Positions 1-6,560 of a DNA stretch of 10,552 nt are shown piece after piece. The DNA is taken from NCBI GenBank assembly GCA_043750125.1, contig JAYVCD010000086.1:1-10552 (forward strand). The letters are read 5' to 3'. Below the pieces are notes generated by a model. The model worked only from the letters and a program-made list of their open reading frames with translations. It was not told the DNA's origin and made no database searches. The position numbers were made by a program, and so were the translations under genes. How positions within the stretch are numbered: the first letter of the stretch is position 1; each line of letters begins with the position of its first letter. This DNA comes from Archangiaceae bacterium (GTDB lineage: Bacteria > Myxococcota > Myxococcia > Myxococcales > Myxococcaceae).

Positions 1-3000
1 CCGTCGAGGCTGCACTCGTAGGTGACCCCGGTGTTGGGGGACGAGAAGGTGAACGACGCGCTGGTGCTGTTGGTGAGCGCCGCCGGCCCGGTGACAATCA
101 CCGTCTCGAGCACCACTTCCCAGGTCAGCTGGGTCGGGGTGGGGTCGACGTTGCCGGCCGCGTCGCGGGTCCGCACCAGGAGGGTGTGCACGCCGGCCGC
201 CATCGGCCCGAAGGTGGACGGATCTCCGCAAGAGGTGAAGACCGCTCCGTCGAGGCTGCACTCGTAGGTGACGCCGCTTTCGTTGCTCGAGAAGTCGAAC
301 GTCGCCCAGGAGCTGAACGTCTGGGCCGGCGGCCCGCTGACGACCGTGGTGTCGGGCGCGACGGTGTCGAGGGTCCAACTGAACGACGCCGGCGTGGAAT
401 CGACGTTGCCCAGCGAGTCCCGAGCGCGGACCAGCAGGGTGTGGTTGCCGTCCGTCAGCCCGGCGAAGGTCGCCGGATCACTGCAGGCGACGAAGGCGCC
501 CCCGTCGAGCTTGCACTCGTAGGTGACGTTCGATCGGTTCGAGTCGAGGTCGAACGCCGCGGTGGAGAGGCGGCTGAAGGGGTTGGGTCCGCTGACGATG
601 AAGGTGTCCAGCGTCGCGGAGTCGAGGGTGAAGGTGTTGATTGCCGAGCTCGGGCTGACGTTGCCGGCCGCATCGGTGGACCGGGCCGCCGCGGTGTGGC
701 TACCGAGGCTGAGCGGGGCAGCGGGCACGAAACTCCACCCGCCAGTGGCGTTGGCGGGGGTGGTGCCGGCGACGACCCCGTCGATCAACACCGTGACCGT
801 GCTGAGCGGCTCGGCGGTGCCCGAGATCGTCGGCACGGCGGTGCCGATCGTCGAGCCATTGGCGGGGGTGGTGACCACCGGCGCCGTGGGGACGACGGTG
901 TCCACCGTCCAGCCGCGGGCCGCGGGGGTGGCGTCGACCGCGCCCCCGCTGTCCTTCGCGCGAACCTGGAGGGTGTGAGGACCCTCGGCCAGCGCGCTCA
1001 AGCTCGCCGGGTTGCTGCAGGCAGTGAACGCCGCGCCGTCGAGGCTGCACTCGTAGGTGACGCCGGCGACGTTCGAGGTGAAGCTGAAAGCCGCGCTGGT
1101 ACTCGAGGTGCTGCCCGAGGGCCCGGTGACGATTGCGGTGTCGAGGGCGTTCGGGTCGATCGCGAAGGCGTTGGTCGCCGACGAAGGGCCGATGTTGCCC
1201 GCGGGGTCGGTGGCCCGCGCCGAGAGGGTGTGGGGCCCGGAGGCGAGGGGAGTGGTGGGGGTGAAGCTCCAGTTGCCACTCGAGTCGGCGACGGTGGTAC
1301 CGATGACCACCCCGTCGACGCTCACCGTGACCGTCGCTCCCGGCTCGCTGCTTCCGGTGATGGAAGGGGTGGTGAACCCGATCGTCGAGTTGTCAGCCGG
1401 GGAGGTGATTACCGGCGCGGCGGGGGGCAGGGTGTCGACCACCCACCGATGGAGCGCCGGGGAAGTGTCGAAGTTGCCGAGCGCATCCTTCGCCCGCACC
1501 CGCAGGGTGTGGGCCCCGTCGCCGAGCGCGCTGAAGGTCGAAGGGGTGGCGCACGTGGCGAACGCAGAGCCGTCGAGGCTGCACTCGTAGGTCACGTTCG
1601 AATTGGGAGACGAGAAGGTGAAAGCTGCGCTCGGGCTGTTGCTCACCGCGGGAGGCCCGCTGACGATCACCGTGTCGAGCGGTCCGAGAACCTGCCAGTT
1701 GTAGGTCGCCGGCGAGGCGTCGAGGTTGCCGGTCGCGTCGCGGGCGCGCACCGCGAGGGTGTGCAGCCCGACCGCCAGCGGGCCGAAGGTCACTGGATTC
1801 AGGCAGGGGGCGAAGGCGCCGCCGTCGACGCTGCACTCGTAGCTGACGCCCGCTTCGGTGCTGGAGAAGTCGAAGGTCGCCGAGGTCGCCAGGCTCTGAG
1901 CCGGCGGCCCGCTCACAATCGTGGTGTCGGGGGCGAGGGTGTCGACCGCCCAGGTGAACGAGGCCGGGGTGGCGTCGACGTTGCCCAGCCCGTCCTTGGC
2001 GCGGGCGAGCAGGGTGTGGCTGCCTTCCGAGAGGCCAACGAAGGTCGCCGGGTCGCTGCAGGCGACGTAGGCGGCAGCGTCCAGCTGGCACTCGTAGGTG
2101 ACCGGCGACTGGTTCGAGGCGAGATCGAACGCGCCGGTCGAGAGGGCGCTCTTCAGGTTGGGGCCGCTGATGATGAAGGTGTCGAGGATGGCGGGGTTGA
2201 CGGTGAAGGTGTTCACCGCCGAGTCGACGCTGATGTTCCCCGCCGCGTCGGTCGCGCGCGCCCGGACGTTGTGGCTTCCGCTGGTGAGCGCCGCGCCGGG
2301 AACGAAGGACCAGCTGCCGGTGGCGCTGGCGACGGTGGTGCCGACCACCGCGTTGTCGACCAGCACGGTGACGGTGCTGTTCGCTTCGGCGGTGCCGCTG
2401 TAGCTCGGAAGGGCGGTGCCGATCGTCGAGCCGTTGGCGGGGGTGGTGACCACCGGAGCCGAGGGGGCAAGCGTGTCCACCGTCCAACTGCGCGAGGCCG
2501 GGGAAGAGTCGACCGCGCCCAAGCTGTCTTTCGCGCGGACCTGGAAGGTGTGCGGCCCCTGCGCCAGGGCGGCGAAAGTCGACGGGGTGAGGCAGGCGAC
2601 AAAGGCCGCCCCGTCGAGGCTGCACTCGTAGGTGACGCCCGACTTGTTCGAGCTGAAGCTGAAGGTCGCGCTGGTGCTGTTGGTGCTGCCCGAAGGTCCA
2701 GTGACGATCGTGGTGTCGAGCGCGGTGAGGTCCACGGTAAAGGTGTGGGTGGCCGAGCCCGGGCCGGGGTTCCCCGCGGGATCCGCCGCCGTCGCCGACA
2801 CCGTGTGCAGCCCGGCCGTCAACGCAGTGCCCGGGGTGAAGGTCCAGTCTCCGCTGGCGTTGACGAGCGCGGTTCCGGCGACGACGCCGTCCAGGCGCAC
2901 CGTCACCGTCGAGCCCGGTTCACCGGTGCCGGTGATGATCGGCGCGGCGTAGCCAATCACCGCCTGATCGGCCGGAGAGCTGATTACCGGGGCCGAAGGC

Positions 3001-4046
3001 GGCACGGTGTCCACGACCCAGCTGCGCAGCGCAGGGGTGGTGTCGAAGTTTCCGAGCGAGTCTCTGGAACGGACCCGGAGCGAATGGGTTCCATCCGCCA
3101 GTCCGGACAGGGTCGACGGGTTGGGGCAGGCGGCGAAGCCGGCTCCGTCGAGGCTGCACTCGTAGGTGATGGCCGAGTTGGGGGAAGAAAAGCTGAACGT
3201 CGCGCTCGGGTTGTTGGTCAACCCCGACGGCCCGCTGACGATCGCGGTGTCGAGCACGACTTCCCAGCTCTGCTGCGCGGGGGTGAGGTCCGGGTTTCCG
3301 GCTGCGTCCCGCGTCCGCACCTGCAGGGTGTGAATGCCGGTCGTCACCGACGAGAAGGTGACCGGGTTGGTGCAGACCGCGAAGGCGACGCCGTCGAGGC
3401 TGCACTCGTAGCTGCCGCCACTTTCGGTGCTCGAGAAGCTGAACGTGGCGGTGTTGAGGAACGTCTGGGCCGGGGGGCCGGTGACGATCGAGGTGTCTGG
3501 CGCGGTGGTATCGACGGTGAAGCTGTTGACGTTGGAAATCGCCGAGACGTTGCCGCCGGCGTCGGTCGCCCTCACCGAGACCAGGTGCACTGCCTGGCTC
3601 AGGTTCGCGCCGGGGGTGAAGGTCCAGGCGCCGGCTCCGTTCGCGATCGCGGACCCAGCCACCACCCCGTCGAGGGTGACGGTGACCGTGCTCCCGGCCT
3701 CGGCGGTGCCGCTGATCGGCGGTCGGACCAGGTTGGTGCTGCTGCCGTTGGCGGGGGTGGTCACCACCGGCGCCGCGGGCGCGACGGTGTCGACGGTGAA
3801 GTTGACCGCGCTGCTCGGGGGGGTGGTGCCATTGGCGTTGGTGGCGGTGGCGGTGGCAGAGCGAGCCCCATCGAGCAGCGCGACAGTCGGGACGCAGCTG
3901 AAGGCGCCCGTGCCGTTGGCGATCGCGGTGCAGACGGTGAGGCCGTCGACCTTCACCGTGACGGTGACCCCGGGGCTGGTCGTGCCGGAGATTGGCGGCT
4001 TGTTGTTGCCGGTGGTGCTCCCATTCACCGGCGCGGTGATCGTCGG
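1..4046 (-). repeat. Ig-like stalk: 6 type-A and 10 type-B (last one truncated) domains of about 82-90 aa, order A A B B A B A B B B A B A B B B...
   Basis: Type A: APVxTxPAxGS..I(S/T)GTAE..STVTVxxDG..G.W(S/T)FxP..H..ATDxAGN. Type B: DTxIV(S/T)GP..F.F(S/T)S..TYECSLDG..F..C..HTLxVRxxD..GN.D.TPA..W. The YEC codons (gcactcgta on +) start at 12, 258, 513, 1047, 1581, 1833, 2088, 2622, 3156 and 3402. Confidence 0.92.
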
Positions 4047-6560
4047 GGTCAGCGGCAAGGGAAGGAACGTGCCGACCACCGAGTGGTTCACCAGCACGTT
4101 GGTCAGGGTGAAGGTGTTGAGCGAGACCGAGGCGGTGACGTTGGTGCCGTTGTCGGTGAGCACAGTGAGCGCGAAGCCCGCGTTGGGCGCGATGGTGCAC
4201 ACCGAGCTGCCGCCCTGGGCTACGTCGGAAGGCACGCAGGTGACGCTGCCGTTTCCGCTCGCGGCCGAGCCGATCACGTCCAGCCCCTTGAAGTGAGCGG
4301 TGGCGGTCGTCGCCGCGGTGACAGTGAAGGTGCAGGCGATCGCGGTGCCGGTGCAGGCGCCGGTCCACCCGGTGAAAGTGTCGCCGGGCCGCGCCACCGC
4401 GGTGAGCGTCACGTCCGTCCCGCTGATGAACGACGCGGTGGCCGAAGTGCACGCCGGGCCGCAGCTGATCGCGGCGGGGGACGAGGTGATCGTGCCCTGG
4501 CCGGTCTCGCCACTGCCCTTGTTGGCGGTGAGCACGAACAGCGGGCCGATGCCGTCGATGTCGATGTCGGAATTGTTCGAGGGAAAATTGTCGGTGAACC
4601 CCGCCGGCGGCGCGACGGTGGCGATATTGGACATCGAGCTGTTGCCGGCGCCGTTGATCACCGTTCCATTGACGAGGAAGGTGACGGTGGCCCCGACCGG
4701 CAGGTTGACGGCCTGGTTGAGGTTCCCCGTCCCACTGGCGGTGCAGGTTCCTCCCCCGGTGCCCGAGCAGGTCCAGGGGGCGTTGGCGACGAGCTGGGCA
4801 GGCAGGGTGTCGGTCACCAGCGCGTTGGTGACCGCGACGGGCCCGTTGTTGGTGACGGCGATCCGGTATTGGAGCGTTCCGTTCCAGTTCACCGCCGGGA
4901 CGCTGTCGGTCTTGGTGATCGCGAGGTCGACGTAGGGGACGCCGCCAGTGATCGCGGTCTCCACCTTCGGCCCGAGCGTCCGGGTAATCGTGCTTGCCAT
5001 GATCCCGAAGTTGCCGTTGGTCACCTTGGCCGAGCGCTTGATCGCGTAGACGCTGGTGGCGTTCGGGTTGGTGGCCCAGTTGGACACCACCGTCAGCACG
5101 GTGCCGGTGTTGGACGTGATGTCCCTTTGCTGACCGGCGCCGGTGCCGGCGACGATGTAGAGCGTCCAACCGCTCCATTGGTTCGCAGTCCACGCCTGGG
5201 TCGAATCGGTCAAGGTGGCGTTGGCCCCCGCGGTGGCGATCCGCTGCGCGGCCGGCGCATCGACCACCGCGTAGAGGCTGGTCGCGTCGGGGTTGGTCGT
5301 CCACGCGGTGCTGAGCGTCAGCACGGTCGCGGTGTTGCTGCGGACCACCCGCTGCTGGCCGGCCCCGGTTCCGGCGGTGATGTAGAGGCTGTAGCCGACC
5401 CAGGCGTCGACCGCCCACGCCTTGCTGCTGTCGGTCAGCGTGGTGGCACTGCCCGCGGTGGCGGTGCCCTTGGACACCGGGGTGTACACGTGGACGGTGA
5501 CCTGGAAATTGTTGCTGGCGCCCGGGTTCATCCACCCGAAGTTGCAGCTGACCGTCCCCGTCGCGCCGACCGCGGGCGTGGTGCAGATCGCACCCACCGG
5601 GGCCGTGAGCGAGACGAAGGTGGTGTTGGGCGGAAGCACCTCGTCGGCGGTGACGCTCGGCGCCGCTCCCGGGGTGTTGTTCTTGGCGGTGAAGGCGTAG
5701 GTGAGGTCGGTGTCGATGTTGGTCATCGCCGGGGCGGTCTTCGCGATCGACAGCCCGGGGAAGGTGGCTCCAAAGCCGTCGACGTAGACCTCGCCCCAGT
5801 GGCCGCTGGGCTGGCATCCGCCGGCGTACACCTCGACCTGGACCGTGTCGCCGACCCGGAGTGCGATGTTGCCGGGCGCGATGTCGAAAATCGTCCAGTC
5901 GGTGTAGAGGACCGCGGTGGCACCGGCGCCCTGGGACTGCCATGGGGTGCCGGGCGAGTTTGAGAAGTTGAAGCTGGTGTAGAGGTCGCCCACCCGCGGG
6001 GCGGTCTGGTTTCTCACCGCGACGAAGAAGTAGGGCTGCTGTTCCTGAACGTGGCCGGCCGCCTGGAGCGCGGGCGCGAGCAGGAAGCGGATGTGGACCT
6101 TGCCGTCCACCGGGTCCACGTCTGAGCTTCCGACCGGGTAGGACTGCCGGAGGGTGTTGACGTTGCCGTTCAAACCCTGGGAGTTGATCACCACCGAGCT
6201 GGCCCCGAACTTCGGCCAGCGGGGGACCCCGGGAGCGGCGACCATTCCGGCGAACAGCTGAGACTCGGGAGTGGGGTTGGTGACGATCGAGGTCAGGTTG
6301 GTCCCACCGCTCGAGAGGTTGAGGTTGGGCTCGCTCGCCGGCGGCCACGGCGGGTTGGCCAGGCCGGTCAGGTTCCGATAGGTGCTCACCGTCCAGTCCG
6401 GCGCGAACACCCCCGACTCGAAGCCGCCGTTGTTGAACAGCGGCGCGACCCTGCGCGCCACCTGATGCTCCTGGGAAGTTCCGCCTTCCTGGCAGGCGCC
6501 CAGGCCGAGGGCGAGGACCGCGAGGAAGAGGCCGCCTGCGGGCCGGGTGAAGAACTTCAT
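1..6560 (-). CDS. Giant surface lipoprotein/adhesin with DUF11-like, InlB-B-repeat-like and many bacterial Ig-like domains (AgmC-like stalk); 3' end lies outside the window
   Basis: Hand translation from ATG at 6560 gives 2186 stop-free codons to the window edge, so the ORF track omits it. It starts MKFFTRPAGGLFLAVLALGLGA-C (lipobox LGAC, Cys23 at 6494-6492). AAGGGG SD-like motif lies upstream and the ATG overlaps the stop of the OmpA-family gene (ATGA). Strong GC3 codon use; Thr/Ala/Gly/Ser/Val-rich beta-sandwich repeats. Confidence 0.93.
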   Translation of the reverse strand, partial: MKFFTRPAGGLFLAVLALGLGACQEGGTSQEHQVARRVAPLFNNGGFESGVFAPDWTVSTYRNLTGLANPPWPPASEPNLNLSSGGTNLTSIVTNPTPESQLFAGMVAAPGVPRWPKFGASSVVINSQGLNGNVNTLRQSYPVGSSDVDPVDGKVHIRFLLAPALQAAGHVQEQQPYFFVAVRNQTAPRVGDLYTSFNFSNSPGTPWQSQGAGATAVLYTDWTIFDIAPGNIALRVGDTVQVEVYAGGCQPSGHWGEVYVDGFGATFPGLSIAKTAPAMTNIDTDLTYAFTAKNNTPGAAPSVTADEVLPPNTTFVSLTAPVGAICTTPAVGATGTVSCNFGWMNPGASNNFQVTVHVYTPVSKGTATAGSATTLTDSSKAWAVDAWVGYSLYITAGTGAGQQRVVRSNTATVLTLSTAWTTNPDATSLYAVVDAPAAQRIATAGANATLTDSTQAWTANQWSGWTLYIVAGTGAGQQRDITSNTGTVLTVVSNWATNPNATSVYAIKRSAKVTNGNFGIMASTITRTLGPKVETAITGGVPYVDLAITKTDSVPAVNWNGTLQYRIAVTNNGPVAVTNALVTDTLPAQLVANAPWTCSGTGGGTCTASGTGNLNQAVNLPVGATVTFLVNGTVINGAGNSSMSNIATVAPPAGFTDNFPSNNSDIDIDGIGPLFVLTANKGSGETGQGTITSSPAAISCGPACTSATASFISGTDVTLTAVARPGDTFTGWTGACTGTAIACTFTVTAATTATAHFKGLDVIGSAASGNGSVTCVPSDVAQGGSSVCTIAPNAGFALTVLTDNGTNVTASVSLNTFTLTNVLVNHSVVGTFLPLPLTPTITAPVNGSTTGNNKPPISGTTSPGVTVTVKVDGLTVCTAIANGTGAFSCVPTVALLDGARSATATATNANGTTPPSSAVNFTVDTVAPAAPVVTTPANGSSTNLVRPPISGTAEAGSTVTVTLDGVVAGSAIANGAGAWTFTPGANLSQAVHLVSVRATDAGGNVSAISNVNSFTVDTTAPDTSIVTGPPAQTFLNTATFSFSSTESGGSYECSLDGVAFAVCTNPVTFSSVTTGIHTLQVRTRDAAGNPDLTPAQQSWEVVLDTAIVSGPSGLTNNPSATFSFSSPNSAITYECSLDGAGFAACPNPSTLSGLADGTHSLRVRSRDSLGNFDTTPALRSWVVDTVPPSAPVISSPADQAVIGYAAPIITGTGEPGSTVTVRLDGVVAGTALVNASGDWTFTPGTALTAGLHTVSATAADPAGNPGPGSATHTFTVDLTALDTTIVTGPSGSTNSTSATFSFSSNKSGVTYECSLDGAAFVACLTPSTFAALAQGPHTFQVRAKDSLGAVDSSPASRSWTVDTLAPSAPVVTTPANGSTIGTALPSYSGTAEANSTVTVLVDNAVVGTTVASATGSWSFVPGAALTSGSHNVRARATDAAGNISVDSAVNTFTVNPAILDTFIISGPNLKSALSTGAFDLASNQSPVTYECQLDAAAYVACSDPATFVGLSEGSHTLLARAKDGLGNVDATPASFTWAVDTLAPDTTIVSGPPAQSLATSATFDFSSTEAGVSYECSVDGGAFAPCLNPVTFGPLAVGLHTLAVRARDATGNLDASPATYNWQVLGPLDTVIVSGPPAVSNSPSAAFTFSSPNSNVTYECSLDGSAFATCATPSTFSALGDGAHTLRVRAKDALGNFDTSPALHRWVVDTLPPAAPVITSPADNSTIGFTTPSITGSSEPGATVTVSVDGVVIGTTVADSSGNWSFTPTTPLASGPHTLSARATDPAGNIGPSSATNAFAIDPNALDTAIVTGPSGSTSSTSAAFSFTSNVAGVTYECSLDGAAFTACSNPASLSALAEGPHTLQVRAKDSGGAVDATPAARGWTVDTVVPTAPVVTTPANGSTIGTAVPTISGTAEPLSTVTVLIDGVVAGTTPANATGGWSFVPAAPLSLGSHTAAARSTDAAGNVSPSSAINTFTLDSATLDTFIVSGPNPFSRLSTAAFDLDSNRSNVTYECKLDGGAFVACSDPATFAGLTDGNHTLLVRARDSLGNVDSTPASFSWTLDTVAPDTTVVSGPPAQTFSSWATFDFSSNESGVTYECSLDGAVFTSCGDPSTFGPMAAGVHTLLVRTRDAAGNVDPTPTQLTWEVVLETVIVTGPAALTNSTSASFTFSSPNTGVTYECSLD
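4065..4541 (-). other. Two InlB B-repeat-like (Flg_new-type) domains
   Basis: GQGTITSSPAAISCGPAC..GTDVTLTA..GDTFTGWTGAC..C..ATAHF, followed by GNGSVTC..GSSVCTIAPNAGF..FTLTNVLVNHSVVGTF. Confidence 0.7.
4551..5753 (-). other. Two DUF11-like (conserved repeat) domains, the first split by an insertion
   Basis: LSIAKTAP..LTYAFTAKNN..DEVLPPNTTFVS (from 5753) and DLAITKTD..LQYRIAVTNNGP..VTDTLP..SNIATV..PSNNSD (about 4928-4551) match the DUF11 pattern. Confidence 0.75.
5040..5468 (-). repeat. Two tandem 68-aa Trp-rich modules (75-aa period)
   Basis: GTATAGSATTLTDSSKAWAVDAWVGYSLYITAGTGAGQQRVVRSNTATVLTLSTAWTTNPDATSLYAV (5468-5265) aligns without gaps to RIATAGANATLTDSTQAWTANQWSGWTLYIVAGTGAGQQRDITSNTGTVLTVVSNWATNPNATSVYAI (5243-5040). 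Confidence 0.9.
5772..6440 (-). other. N-terminal putative carbohydrate-binding-like (jelly-roll) tip domain of the adhesin
   Basis: Begins LFNNGGFESG..W and ends EVYVDGF, the NGxFE...YxD bracket typical of CBM-like galactose-binding-domain folds. It is non-repetitive and follows the lipobox linker. Confidence 0.55.

Noticed and set aside
1-3411. CRISPR-like recurrence of the 23-mer ccgtcgaggctgcactcgtaggt (exact at 1, 247, 1036, 1570, 2611, 3145; near-exact at 3391)
   Set aside because: It is the in-frame coding of TYECSLDG. Spacing is hundreds of nt in multiples of 3, the intervening sequences are homologous, and no cas genes are present.
22-4935. Series of short plus-strand ORFs, many ending in ..PSRLHS
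   Set aside because: They are codon-aligned antisense readings of the Ig and DUF11 domains; several end where the complement of the Tyr codon in the YEC motif creates TAG.
1-5468. Diversity-generating retroelement or invertible cassette acting on the repeats
   Set aside because: No reverse transcriptase or recombinase in the window; repeat differences are not adenine-specific and all copies are in frame within one gene.
186-5963. 1925-aa plus-strand ORF
   Set aside because: Arg/Gly-rich antisense shadow of the adhesin; the strong GC3 bias removes stops in this frame and it has no recognisable motifs.
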